From: Fidelibacterota bacterium SCGC AAA160-B08
Lineage (GTDB): Bacteria > Fidelibacterota > Marinisomatia > Marinisomatales > Marinisomataceae
Direction of reading: 5' to 3'
Assembly: GCA_000402755.1 (NCBI GenBank)
Contig: AQSD01000003.1
Span: 1,263 to 65,262 of the forward strand
DNA length: 64,000 nucleotides
The translations under genes were made by a program, and so were the position numbers. Positions within the stretch are counted from its first letter, which is position 1. Each line of letters begins with the position of its first letter. This document shows positions 37,571 to 47,676 of the stretch, piece by piece. The notes beneath the pieces are model-generated. The model was not told the origin of the DNA. It did not search any database and saw only the letters and a list, made by a program, of their open reading frames with translations.

Positions 37571-38531
37571 TAAAAATAGCGTCAAAAAAATGAGTTTTTG
37601 ATATTTCACCGATCGCCTTTGCAATCTGCATCATTTGTAAATGATGACTTGCTCTGTCTTTGTTGGGTTCTTCTATATTGTATTTGTTGAAACGCCAATA
37701 TGATGTCGCCACTGCCGCATATCGCACAAACAACTGCAAGTTTTCTTTTTCTATCTTTGTTAACGGCCTGACTTCCTCATAACCACTAACCAAGGCGCGT
37801 GCCTTATCCAGATCTACCGTAATATCGTTTACGCAAGTACCCAGTATACCCATCCCTAATTCAAAGATCAGATAATAATGACAGGCTTCTTCAAAATCGA
37901 TAATAGCTTTGAATTCTCCCGGCATACTTGACAATGAATTAAATAACAAATTATCATAAAACAAATCTCCGTGAATCAAACCGCGGGGTAAATTCTTCGC
38001 GATATTCTGCTCCAGATAGTCAATTTCTTTAGCCATCCAGTATTCATATTTAGTATCAATATTCAAACCCATAATCCTTGAAAAGAATTGGCGTCCATAA
38101 GGATGGTTTGTCGACAAATAATCTGGTGGAGGTATCTCATTCAATCGAGCGGCTTGTCTGCCGACTTGAGATAACATGGTTTCATCCAGTTCCTCAATAA
38201 CCTGACCTTCAATATAGTCTTTAAGCATCACTGGTTTGACCCTATCGGCCGTAGCAAAGGTAGTTATGATCTTACTGTTTACTGGTGATATCAGACGATT
38301 ACAAGGCACATTGTGCGCTTCAAGAAATAACAGCAACTGGCCCATTTTAAATACTTCGTCAAATTCTTTGTCATCGCAAACCGTTAACACATAACTGGCT
38401 TGTTGGGTTTTCAATATATAGCTGGAATTACCATTGCCACCATCAAGCGATGAAAATTCTATGATTTTCAAATCATAATTTTCAGCCAGCAAGTGGATGT
38501 CTTGTTCATTTAGTTGTGTGTATGTTGCCAT
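37560..38531 (-). CDS. thrB: APH-fold phosphotransferase, homoserine kinase type II-like
   Basis: MATYTQL N-terminus, GGNGNSSY (cf. EGVENSNF), PRGLIHGDLFYDN, IIDFEEAC. Confidence 0.75.
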   Translation of the reverse strand: MATYTQLNEQDIHLLAENYDLKIIEFSSLDGGNGNSSYILKTQQASYVLTVCDDKEFDEVFKMGQLLLFLEAHNVPCNRLISPVNSKIITTFATADRVKPVMLKDYIEGQVIEELDETMLSQVGRQAARLNEIPPPDYLSTNHPYGRQFFSRIMGLNIDTKYEYWMAKEIDYLEQNIAKNLPRGLIHGDLFYDNLLFNSLSSMPGEFKAIIDFEEACHYYLIFELGMGILGTCVNDITVDLDKARALVSGYEEVRPLTKIEKENLQLFVRYAAVATSYWRFNKYNIEEPNKDRASHHLQMMQIAKAIGEISKTHFFDAIFITS

Positions 38532-38575
38532 AGTTACTTGTTAAGAAAAAAAATAACCTTGATCAAGCTGAAAAA

Positions 38576-40186
38576 CTATCTTGATGTTATATCGATTACA
38601 GTTTTTGGACCTGCATTGAGAACGTCAGAGTCTGAAATATCAAATTTTATAAAATTCTTATTAAACAAATTAGTAAGCATATTACCCGTTTTATAATATT
38701 CTTCTAAATTATTCCAACCTTTATGAGGAACTAAAAAATCATTGTCTAGCCCTTCAAGATCTAAAGGGATATCAAGATTGAAGAATTTGTCTTTTACTGA
38801 ATTGGTAAAATCTAACTTACCATTTGTAATTAAATCGATGATATGCTTTGTAAGCTTGAGATCAATTCTTTTGGAACCTAAGGTTGCACTAGATCCAGAC
38901 CAACCGGTATTAACTAAGTATATTGGAACATCATGCTTTGCTAGTTTTTCTTGTAACAACTTTGCATAGACTAATGGACGTAGTGTTAAAAATGGCCCAC
39001 CATAGCATGGAGAGAATGCTGCTATATGGTCAACTATTCCTGTTTCAGTTCCTGCCATTTTAGCGGTATATCCACTGATAAAATGATACATTGCTTGATC
39101 TGCATTAAGCTTAGCAACTGGTGGCATAATACCATAAGCATCACATGTTAAGAATATCACTGCATTAGGATGGGGTCCTGCACTAGGTAACCCTTTAGAA
39201 CCTAAAGAGTTTTCAATAAAATGAATTGGATAGCATATTCTTGAATTCTCACTTTTAGCATTATCGCTAAAATCTACTTCTTTTGTTTCTAGATCATAAA
39301 CAACATTTTCTAGAAGTGTACCATGTTGAATAGCATTATAAATTTCTGGCTCTTTATCTTTATTTAGATCAATTGCTTTTGCATAGCAACCGCCTTCAAA
39401 ATTAAAAATTCCATTATCAGACCATCCATGTTCATCATCTCCAATTAGTGGTCGATTAGCATTAGTACTCAACGTAGTCTTTCCCGTACCAGACAATCCA
39501 AAAAATAATGTTGATTCACTTAAATCTTTTGAAACATTTGCAGAACAGTGCATTGATAACACATTTTTAAGTGGCAAATAATAATGCATAACAGAGAAGA
39601 TGCCTTTTTTCATTTCTCCAGCATATTCTGTTCCACCAATAATTGCAATTTTCTTTTTCAGATTAAATACAATAAAGTTTTCTGAGTTCAGTCCATACTC
39701 TTTCCAATCCTGTTCTTTAACATCATAAGCATTGATGATGGTAAAATCAGGAAGGAAACTTTCTAATTCTTCTTTTTTAGGCCTAATAAACATATTATTT
39801 ACAAACAAAGATTGCCACGCTTTCTTGGTTATCATTCTAACATTAAGACTACTGTCTTTATCGTCACCAGCAAATCCATCAAATACATAAAAATCATTAT
39901 CTAGTTCATCATATGTTGCAATAACCTTATTTAGTAAGTGTTCAAAGTTTTGTTCTGAAATTTTTTGATTAACATTGCCCCACCAAATATTTTCAGATGA
40001 ACCTTCTTCATCTACAATAAACTTATCATTTGGAATTCTTCCAGAAAATTCACCGGTATCTACCATCAATGAGCCATTTAAACCAATTACTCCCTCTTTT
40101 AGAGCAATAGAGTCTTCAATAAGATGATCGGCGCTAGAATTACGTTTATACTTACTGTTATGGATATTTAAATAATCTAGATTCAT
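38576..40186 (-). CDS. pckA: Phosphoenolpyruvate carboxykinase (ATP)
   Basis: YAGEMKKGIFS, MHCSAN, FGLSGTGKTTLS, IGDDEHGW, FEGGCYAK. Confidence 0.97.
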   Translation of the reverse strand: MNLDYLNIHNSKYKRNSSADHLIEDSIALKEGVIGLNGSLMVDTGEFSGRIPNDKFIVDEEGSSENIWWGNVNQKISEQNFEHLLNKVIATYDELDNDFYVFDGFAGDDKDSSLNVRMITKKAWQSLFVNNMFIRPKKEELESFLPDFTIINAYDVKEQDWKEYGLNSENFIVFNLKKKIAIIGGTEYAGEMKKGIFSVMHYYLPLKNVLSMHCSANVSKDLSESTLFFGLSGTGKTTLSTNANRPLIGDDEHGWSDNGIFNFEGGCYAKAIDLNKDKEPEIYNAIQHGTLLENVVYDLETKEVDFSDNAKSENSRICYPIHFIENSLGSKGLPSAGPHPNAVIFLTCDAYGIMPPVAKLNADQAMYHFISGYTAKMAGTETGIVDHIAAFSPCYGGPFLTLRPLVYAKLLQEKLAKHDVPIYLVNTGWSGSSATLGSKRIDLKLTKHIIDLITNGKLDFTNSVKDKFFNLDIPLDLEGLDNDFLVPHKGWNNLEEYYKTGNMLTNLFNKNFIKFDISDSDVLNAGPKTVIDITSR

Positions 40187-41100
40187 TTTTCTCCTCTTGG
40201 ATGAGATTTTTTAATAGTCGCCTGCAATTTTCCAAGACTAACATGCGTATAAATTTGAGTAGATGCTAGGTTTTCATGTCCCAACAAAGACTTGATAGCG
40301 CTAAGTCCAACACCGCTATTTAAAAGATGCGTAGCAAAAGAATGCCTCAAAGCATGAGGACCATATGAATTTAAGGTTAAAGTTTTTAAATTTTTCATCA
40401 CTAAATATTGAATGTTATATCTTGATAAATTTTTGTTATTTTCATCGACGAATAAATTATTATTGAAGTTTGTCTTTATCAAAGGATATTTTTCTAAAAT
40501 TGTTAAATATCTAATGATTAGATTTTTTGTATCTCCATCAAAGTTTGCCAATCTTTCCTTACTGCCCTTACCTATTACTTTAATTGTCTTTTGAGAAAAA
40601 TTGATATCTTTTAATTTGATTGACTTGAGCTCTTGTAATCTTAGTCCAGATGTAAAAAATAACATTATTAAAGACTGATTCCTCAATTTGATGATGTCAG
40701 ATATTTTGTTATCACTATTAATTTTATCTAAAACTTGTAAAATTTGATCCATTGACAAAAAAGTAGGGATTGATTTCTTGTACTTTGGAGAAGGGTAAGA
40801 TTTTACTTCATTCAATACAATATCATCTATTACTCCTTCTGCATGCAAAAATTTATAGAAGGTTCTAAGCGCAGAAAGTACTCTAGAAAAAGAACGAGGA
40901 CCCATCGAGTTAGTGACACTTGCTTGAAAATCAAAAATCAGCTCTTTGTCTATCCTTAAATAATTTATTTTTTCTTTTTTTATAAAGAGAAAGTATCTAG
41001 TGATATCTCTATTATAATTAATGATAGTTTGCTCAGAATATCCTCTTTCAAGCTCTAAAAATAAAAGAAATTCTTTGTGATGATCTTCAAATCTCATCAT
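40183..41100 (-). CDS. xerC: Tyrosine recombinase XerC/XerD family
   Basis: SGLRLQE, GKGSKER, HALRHSFATH, LGH, TQIY (intact R-K-H-R-H-Y). Confidence 0.88.
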   Translation of the reverse strand: MMRFEDHHKEFLLFLELERGYSEQTIINYNRDITRYFLFIKKEKINYLRIDKELIFDFQASVTNSMGPRSFSRVLSALRTFYKFLHAEGVIDDIVLNEVKSYPSPKYKKSIPTFLSMDQILQVLDKINSDNKISDIIKLRNQSLIMLFFTSGLRLQELKSIKLKDINFSQKTIKVIGKGSKERLANFDGDTKNLIIRYLTILEKYPLIKTNFNNNLFVDENNKNLSRYNIQYLVMKNLKTLTLNSYGPHALRHSFATHLLNSGVGLSAIKSLLGHENLASTQIYTHVSLGKLQATIKKSHPRGEK

Positions 41101-42055
41101 TTAAAATTGCATTATAGATAATATTAAAATCTTTATTTGGCTCTGCAGAAAACTTTACTCTTTCTAGTGTTGAAGGGTGTTCAAATTCTATTGAGTGTGC
41201 ATGTAAGCAATGGCCTTGAACTAATGAAAAATAATCATCTAATTTGGTTTTAGTCTCCTTCATAAACTCTTTAGATTTTTTAATTCCACCGCCATATAGC
41301 TCATCTCCAAAGATAGGAAATCCAGATTCTTTGCAGTGCACTCTAATTTGATGAGTTCGTCCTGTTTTTGGAAAAAAACGTACTGCAGACAAGTATTCTC
41401 CAGATTTGATTAATTCAAAACGAGATAAAGCTTTTTTTCCAGTATCTGACGATTCAAATTGGATAGGATTTCTTTTATTTCGATTTAAAATATTGTCAAT
41501 TACCCCAGACTTCTCTTTCCACTGACTCCATGTTAATGCTATATATTCTTTTTGAATAGTTCGAGCTTTAAACTGATCAGCGATCTTCCAATGAGAGTAA
41601 TCATTTAGGGGAATAATCATTATGCCGGTTGTGTTCTTGTCTAGTCTGTGCACAATGCCAGGTCTTGATGGGTCTATTGCATCTTCTAATTCTTTTTTAA
41701 ATCGATGCAGAAGGATATTCACTAATGTCTTATCATAATTTCCTGGAGCTGGGTGCACTATAACCCCCCTAGGCTTGTTGACAATAGCAAAATCTTTATC
41801 TTCATACAAAATATCTAATGGATGATCCCAACTTTCTAGCATAAATTTTTTTTGATTTTCTTTTTTTGAAGTATCAATATCTATTTGATCGCTATAGCTT
41901 AATCTGAAATTTTTTTTAACTATTTTTTGATTGACTAGAATGGATCCATTAGAAATCATCTTTTGGATATTAGTTCTTGAGAATTGAACTAATCTTTTAG
42001 ATAAAAAACTATCGAGCCTTTTTAGCTCATCGGATAAAGAGACAGATATTTTCAT
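41087..42055 (-). CDS. rluD: RluA/RluD family pseudouridine synthase
   Basis: S4 domain, NKPRGVIVHP, GIVHRLDKNTTG, TGRTHQIRVH. Confidence 0.9.
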   Translation of the reverse strand: MKISVSLSDELKRLDSFLSKRLVQFSRTNIQKMISNGSILVNQKIVKKNFRLSYSDQIDIDTSKKENQKKFMLESWDHPLDILYEDKDFAIVNKPRGVIVHPAPGNYDKTLVNILLHRFKKELEDAIDPSRPGIVHRLDKNTTGIMIIPLNDYSHWKIADQFKARTIQKEYIALTWSQWKEKSGVIDNILNRNKRNPIQFESSDTGKKALSRFELIKSGEYLSAVRFFPKTGRTHQIRVHCKESGFPIFGDELYGGGIKKSKEFMKETKTKLDDYFSLVQGHCLHAHSIEFEHPSTLERVKFSAEPNKDFNIIYNAILNDEI

Positions 42056-42062
42056 AATATAT

Positions 42063-42509
42063 TTACTTCTTAATGATTATAGAACTATACAACAAGAATA
42101 ACAATCCTATTGTTACAGACGAATCTGCAACATTGAAGATATACCAATGAGCTCCATTAATATGAAAATCTATAAAATCAACTACATAGCCACGAAATAT
42201 TCTATCTAAAATATTTCCTATAGCTCCCCCTATGATAAGCAATAAGGCAATCTGAGATGCACTATCTTCAAACTCTTTATTTTTAAGAAGAGATATCAAA
42301 TAAAAAGTTATCAATATCGGAAATACAATGAAGAAGATTTTTCCTCCAGGAAAATTAATTCCAAATGCAATTCCCTCATTTCTTATATATGTAAAATCTA
42401 ACAAAGAAGGAATTACTACAAATGAATCGTATAGATTCATTTTAGTGTGAACTAATATTTTGGATAATTGATCAATTAAAACAATAAAAAAAGGTAAAAA
42501 AAAATTCAT
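42063..42509 (-). CDS. lspA: Lipoprotein signal peptidase II
   Basis: DQLSK, NEGIAFG, GAIGNILDR, VVDFI, FNVADS. Confidence 0.97.
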   Translation of the reverse strand: MNFFLPFFIVLIDQLSKILVHTKMNLYDSFVVIPSLLDFTYIRNEGIAFGINFPGGKIFFIVFPILITFYLISLLKNKEFEDSASQIALLLIIGGAIGNILDRIFRGYVVDFIDFHINGAHWYIFNVADSSVTIGLLFLLYSSIIIKK

Positions 42510-42916
42510 ACTAAATTTAATTTCTTCTTCTGCTTGCAGAAAACACCTTTTGTTGCGTTTGGAACCTCTAATAATCTTTCCTTTGCAATTAAAGGAGTGT
42601 TAGGACATTCACATTTTCTAGGATCACTTTGAGAGACTTGGCATATACCGTACGTACCATCTTTAATTCTTTGTAATGCTTTTTTTAAATTAACAATATA
42701 GTCTGATTCGCGGGACATTAGTAAGAAGCTCTTTTCTACCTCATGCGCTTCAGTTCCTTCGTTATGATCTTCTGTATTATTCTCTAAAAAAACAGAGCTT
42801 TTACTGGATGATGTAGAGCGAACAGCATGAATATTTTCACTGATATCACCCATCTTATCGTTTATATTTTTTTCAAATTTTGCTAGTTCTGATTTTGAAT
42901 ATTTTGTTTTGGCCAA
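42506..42916 (-). CDS. dksA: DksA/TraR family RNA polymerase-binding protein
   Basis: Coiled coil, ALQRIKDGTYGIC, IAKERLLEVP; ileS-dksA-lspA synteny typical of the FCB group. Confidence 0.82.
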   Translation of the reverse strand: MAKTKYSKSELAKFEKNINDKMGDISENIHAVRSTSSSKSSVFLENNTEDHNEGTEAHEVEKSFLLMSRESDYIVNLKKALQRIKDGTYGICQVSQSDPRKCECPNTPLIAKERLLEVPNATKGVFCKQKKKLNLV

Positions 42917-42928
42917 TTGAATTCCTCT

Positions 42929-45900
42929 TTATAATTTTTTTCTTAATAAAATGTCAAATTTTTCTGATTTATACTTAAAGACAGAATTATAGTCAGAATT
43001 ATCCAAACTATCCACTATATCCGTACATAAAATTTCATTCATCAAATATTTTTTATGCCTATCTATAGCGCTATTTATATAGGTAGAAAAAGTTCCCGAT
43101 AGTACAATCCTATCATCTACATTAAAATCTGCTTCTTTTCGCATCACCTGCACATGTCTGATTAACTCTCTAATCAACCCTTCGGCTGCTAAATTTTCAT
43201 CAATTTCAGTACTTATAGACACTATAACATCATTTGAAAAAAATGCTTCCTCTTTTTCGTGTCCTTCAATTTGAATAATAATATCTTCTTTTATAATATC
43301 AAATTTTTCTGAAGATATTTTTTTATTATTTAAATATTTGTCCATTACATCATATTGATCGAGCGTTGCAATATACTTAATTACCGTTTGCATCTCTTCG
43401 CCAAACTTAGAAGATAAAATCTTAAAATTTGGTTTTATAGAAAAGGAACCCATATCCTTTAAGCTTGTTGTGATTGATATTGTCTTGATATTTAGTTCAT
43501 CTAAGATAAGCTGTTTTTGCTCTAATATAAACTTGGTCAGCATTGGATCATTTTCATATATTTTTAAATCTGAAAGCGGTTGCCTGACTTTAATATTAGC
43601 TTTTTTTCTTGTGGCCCTACCAGATTCAATAATCTTTTTAAGCGTTTCAACTTTCTTCAACAAATCCATATTAATTTTATCATCATTGTGTTTTGCATAC
43701 GAAGATAAATGAATACTGTCATGATTTTCGCTTGGATCGTCTTGTGAAATGTTAAGATACATGCGCTCTGTAATAAATGGTAAAATTGGAGACAGGAGCT
43801 TGATAAGTGATAACAAAACATCGTAAAGTGTTTGATATGCTACAAACTTATCAGTATCATTTTCACTTTTCCAGAATCTTCGTCTGTTTCTTCTAATATA
43901 CCAGTTAGATAAATCATCGATGAATAATTCAATTTTCTTTACAAGCTTATCTGCTTCAAATTTATCATAATGTACAGTAGACTCTTTTATTAATAAATTT
44001 GCTTTTGAAATAATCCACTTATCTAACAATGTTAGATCTTTTTCATCTATATCTTGTGAGTGCGGTTTAAAATTGTCTAAGCTTGCATAGGTACAAAAGA
44101 AAGAATAGATATTCCAAAAACTAATTAACCGTTTTCTGACTTCGTCAGCCTTATCATATCCAAATAGTAAATTATTTTCTACATTTTGTCTTGCATACAT
44201 CCACCTCATTACATCGACACCCATTTTTTCAGCAGCATCATCGAACCAAATAGCATTTCCTGAAGACTTATGCATTTCGTTTCCGTCTCCATCTTTTACT
44301 AATGCGTGACCAAGTAAGGTTTTAAATGGAGCTTGATCTTCAAGAAAGGATGACATAGCTAATAGAGAATAAAACCAATTTCTAAACTGACCAGGAAAAC
44401 ATTCTGTAATAAAATCAGCTGGAAACCATTCATTCCAATATTTTTTATCCTCAAAATATTTCAATGTAGAAAAAGGAACAATTCCTGCATCAAGCCATGG
44501 ATTACCAACATCAGGAATTCTAGTACCAATTAATCCTGTTTCAGGATGTTTAATCTTTACATGATCAACCCAAGGTCTATGAGGACTATTTCCGTCAAAC
44601 TTTTCCCATCCTTCGACAGATAATTCTTTCAATTCTTCTCTTGACCCTACAACATGAAAACTTCCATCTTCAAAGGTCCAAATTGGTAGAGCTAATCCCC
44701 AAAAACGTTTCTTTGATATCATCCAATCGCCCATATTGTCTAACCAGTTATGCTCCCTATCTTCTCCCCATTCTGGAATCCAATCGATATCGCTGACAAC
44801 ATTTTTAATTCTATCTCTCCAATCCATATTTATATACCATTCATCTACCTGCTTGAATACAAGCTCATCGCCTGATCTCCAACAATGAGGATATATATGA
44901 GGATAATCTTCTGCATACAATAATAGATTTCTATCTTTTAAATCTTGTATAATTTTTTTAGCAGTATTAGGGTCTGTAACATTTAATCCAGACATAAAAT
45001 CAAATCCATCAAGAAAGTTTGCTTGATTATCAATAGGTGATATTTCTACAAAACCTTCTTTTTTACAAATTTTGTTATCTATAGATCCACAACCGCCTGC
45101 CATATGAACAATACCAGTTCCTTCTCCTTCTACTACCATGTCTTTACCTTCAGAGTCTTTGCCTCCATCGATTACAATATGACATTGTATAGGTGTCAAT
45201 TCATCGCCTTTTTTATCTTCACCTATATTTGGATAGCCTCCAGCAGTTTGCTGTGGCTCTAGATGGTCGTATGGACCTTGATAGGTCCAACCAATCATAT
45301 CTTCACCTTTAATAACTTCAAGAACCTTATATCCACCTCTTTCTTTAAATATCTGATCTAAAGTTTTTAGCTTTGGTACTCCATCAATCCAATTCTTCTT
45401 TTCTGTAAATTCTTTGCTTAATCGTTGAAATTTTAAATTATTTTCAGCAACATAATAAATCGAATCATCTGTTAGTTGAATTTTTGCATAATTTATTTTT
45501 TTATTTACAGCGACAGCGATATTTGATGAAAGAGTCCATGGAGTTGTAGTCCAAATTAATATATGTTCATCTTGTTTGTCTTTTAGAGAAAATTTAACGA
45601 ATACACCTTTGTGAACCGTTAGCTTGCGTCCCTCAATAATTTCCATTTGAGAATAAGAAGTACCTGATCTTCCAGACCATGGAACAACATCCGTACCTCT
45701 ATAGATTTTTTTCTCATTAAATAATTTTTTTAAAAAAGCCCATATAGCATAATTGTTTTCATCAGACATGGTATAGTATGAATTTTCCCAATCCATCCAA
45801 TAACCCAATCTTTTTGATTGTTCAGTTTGAACATCTGAATACTTTGTAACACGCTCTTTACAGAGTTCAACAAATTTTTCTATTCCAAGCTCTTCAACTT

Positions 45901-46222
45901 CTTTCTTTGATTTAATGCCAAGCTCTTTTTCTACTTCAATCTCAACCCATAATCCTTGACAATCAAAACCATTTTGATATCGAAGTTGATAGCCATTCAT
46001 TGACTTATATCTTTGATAAAGATCTTTCAATGTTCTGCCCCAAGCATGGTGAACACCCATTGGATTATTAGCTGTAATAGGACCATCTAGAAAACTCCAT
46101 TTTTCACCTTCAGAATTCTGAATTACTAATTTTTGAAAAGTTTTATTTTTTTCCCAGAAATCAAGGATTTCATGTTCATTGGATACAAAGTCTATTTTTG
46201 GATTTTCTTTTCTTATACTCAT
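42929..46222 (-). CDS. ileS: Isoleucyl-tRNA synthetase type 2 (GVHH variant)
   Basis: DGPITAN-GVHH, GFDCQGL, WTTTPWTL, GTGIVH, YPHCWR, EMHKS; IleRS2-type C-terminus without a zinc finger. Confidence 0.97.
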   Translation of the reverse strand: MSIRKENPKIDFVSNEHEILDFWEKNKTFQKLVIQNSEGEKWSFLDGPITANNPMGVHHAWGRTLKDLYQRYKSMNGYQLRYQNGFDCQGLWVEIEVEKELGIKSKKEVEELGIEKFVELCKERVTKYSDVQTEQSKRLGYWMDWENSYYTMSDENNYAIWAFLKKLFNEKKIYRGTDVVPWSGRSGTSYSQMEIIEGRKLTVHKGVFVKFSLKDKQDEHILIWTTTPWTLSSNIAVAVNKKINYAKIQLTDDSIYYVAENNLKFQRLSKEFTEKKNWIDGVPKLKTLDQIFKERGGYKVLEVIKGEDMIGWTYQGPYDHLEPQQTAGGYPNIGEDKKGDELTPIQCHIVIDGGKDSEGKDMVVEGEGTGIVHMAGGCGSIDNKICKKEGFVEISPIDNQANFLDGFDFMSGLNVTDPNTAKKIIQDLKDRNLLLYAEDYPHIYPHCWRSGDELVFKQVDEWYINMDWRDRIKNVVSDIDWIPEWGEDREHNWLDNMGDWMISKKRFWGLALPIWTFEDGSFHVVGSREELKELSVEGWEKFDGNSPHRPWVDHVKIKHPETGLIGTRIPDVGNPWLDAGIVPFSTLKYFEDKKYWNEWFPADFITECFPGQFRNWFYSLLAMSSFLEDQAPFKTLLGHALVKDGDGNEMHKSSGNAIWFDDAAEKMGVDVMRWMYARQNVENNLLFGYDKADEVRKRLISFWNIYSFFCTYASLDNFKPHSQDIDEKDLTLLDKWIISKANLLIKESTVHYDKFEADKLVKKIELFIDDLSNWYIRRNRRRFWKSENDTDKFVAYQTLYDVLLSLIKLLSPILPFITERMYLNISQDDPSENHDSIHLSSYAKHNDDKINMDLLKKVETLKKIIESGRATRKKANIKVRQPLSDLKIYENDPMLTKFILEQKQLILDELNIKTISITTSLKDMGSFSIKPNFKILSSKFGEEMQTVIKYIATLDQYDVMDKYLNNKKISSEKFDIIKEDIIIQIEGHEKEEAFFSNDVIVSISTEIDENLAAEGLIRELIRHVQVMRKEADFNVDDRIVLSGTFSTYINSAIDRHKKYLMNEILCTDIVDSLDNSDYNSVFKYKSEKFDILLRKKL

Positions 46223-46278
46223 GATGAATTAACTATGAACTTATAAGAAATGTTGAATTATTGCAATTTGATTAGAAT

Positions 46279-47676
46279 TTATCTTCTAAGTGTTAAAAAT
46301 CTAGATGCATTACCACGTTTTACTAAGAATAGAATTTTTGTATCTTTTTCATATTTAGACATTTCAGCTTTAAACATTTTTAGATTAGATATTTTTTGTC
46401 TGCCTATGCGAGTAATTAAGTCTCCCTCTTGCATATCTGATTTTTCTGCAATACCACCCTCTACAACATCCACCACAACTACTCCTTCAATATCAGAGTT
46501 TCTAGAACTTTTGATGTCATATTTTTCAATCAAATCATTAGTAATATCCAATACAGATAATCCAAATTCATTATAAGCGTTCTGAGTATTACTTGCCATT
46601 TCATCTCCAGATCTTTCTTCAAGCACGACATCGATGTCTTTAACTTTACCTTCCCTAGATATAGTTAAAGTTATTTTTGCACCGGGATTAGTGCTAGATA
46701 CTAAATTTTTTAATTCAGCACCATTAGTAATTTCTTTTCCTTCAAAATTGATAATTACATCTCCTGATTCTAATCCAGATTTATCAGCAGGACTTCCCTC
46801 TACAATATCACTAACAATAGTACCTTTCCTAGACTTAAGATCCATTGTATCATAAAGATCTTCACTGATATCTTGCATATAAATACCTAAAAAAGAACGT
46901 ACTACGTAACCTTTAGAGATTAAGTCGCTCATTACTTTTGTAACTATACTTGATGGAATTGCAAATCCTATCCCAGCATTAGATCTTCCACTACCTGAAG
47001 CGATTGCTGCATTAATTCCAATAAGTTCGCCATCCATATTTAGTAATGCTCCTCCACTATTTCCTGGGTTAATAGCAGCATCTGTCTGTATAAAGTTCTG
47101 ATAAGTATTACCGCTACCTCTCATTACATTATTCCTACCTATGGCACTAATAATACCTGCAGTGACCGTGTGGCTAAGCGATTCAGAAAAAGGACTTCCA
47201 ATAGCTAGCACCCATTCTCCAACCCTAATAACTTCAGAGTCTCCAATTGGTACTGCTTTAATATTATCTGCTTCGATTTGAAGGATAGCCAAATCAGTAC
47301 CTTGATCTAATCCTACAACCGTAGCTTTAAAAATTCTTTTATCCATTAACTCTACCATAATTTCATCAACAGGCTTGTCGCTTCTTTCATCAAAAATAAC
47401 ATGGTGATTAGTAACGATATATGCATTCTCTTCATCTACAATTACACCTGAACCCAATGATTTACTTTCAAATTCCTCTGGAACAGATCTGCCCCAATAT
47501 TTATAGAAATTTTGTACATCTTCATCCATGGTTATTGTATTGGTAGTAGTAATTGTAACAACTGATTCATTCACATTTTCAGCAATATCAGCAAATGAAT
47601 TGCTAAACTGCTTGAACATAGAGCCTTGAGAAAACAAGGCTGATGATGCAATCAATATTATAAATATTTTTTTCAT
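46279..47676 (-). CDS. degP: DegP/HtrA (Do family) serine protease with two PDZ domains
   Basis: GSGVI, TNHHV, TDLA, QTDAAINPGNSGG; signal peptide. Confidence 0.93.
   Translation of the reverse strand: MKKIFIILIASSALFSQGSMFKQFSNSFADIAENVNESVVTITTTNTITMDEDVQNFYKYWGRSVPEEFESKSLGSGVIVDEENAYIVTNHHVIFDERSDKPVDEIMVELMDKRIFKATVVGLDQGTDLAILQIEADNIKAVPIGDSEVIRVGEWVLAIGSPFSESLSHTVTAGIISAIGRNNVMRGSGNTYQNFIQTDAAINPGNSGGALLNMDGELIGINAAIASGSGRSNAGIGFAIPSSIVTKVMSDLISKGYVVRSFLGIYMQDISEDLYDTMDLKSRKGTIVSDIVEGSPADKSGLESGDVIINFEGKEITNGAELKNLVSSTNPGAKITLTISREGKVKDIDVVLEERSGDEMASNTQNAYNEFGLSVLDITNDLIEKYDIKSSRNSDIEGVVVVDVVEGGIAEKSDMQEGDLITRIGRQKISNLKMFKAEMSKYEKDTKILFLVKRGNASRFLTLRR

Noticed and set aside
36680-38575. 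Target-site duplications or terminal repeats flanking the insert
   Set aside because: Only A-rich similarity (aagaaaata) at the two ends, which is expected by chance at this AT content
40183-41100. Tyrosine recombinase as possible integrase for the 36.7-38.5 kb insert
   Set aside because: Looks like housekeeping XerC/D, is embedded in the rluD-xerC-pckA run with overlapping ends, has host-like composition and is separated from the insert by pckA
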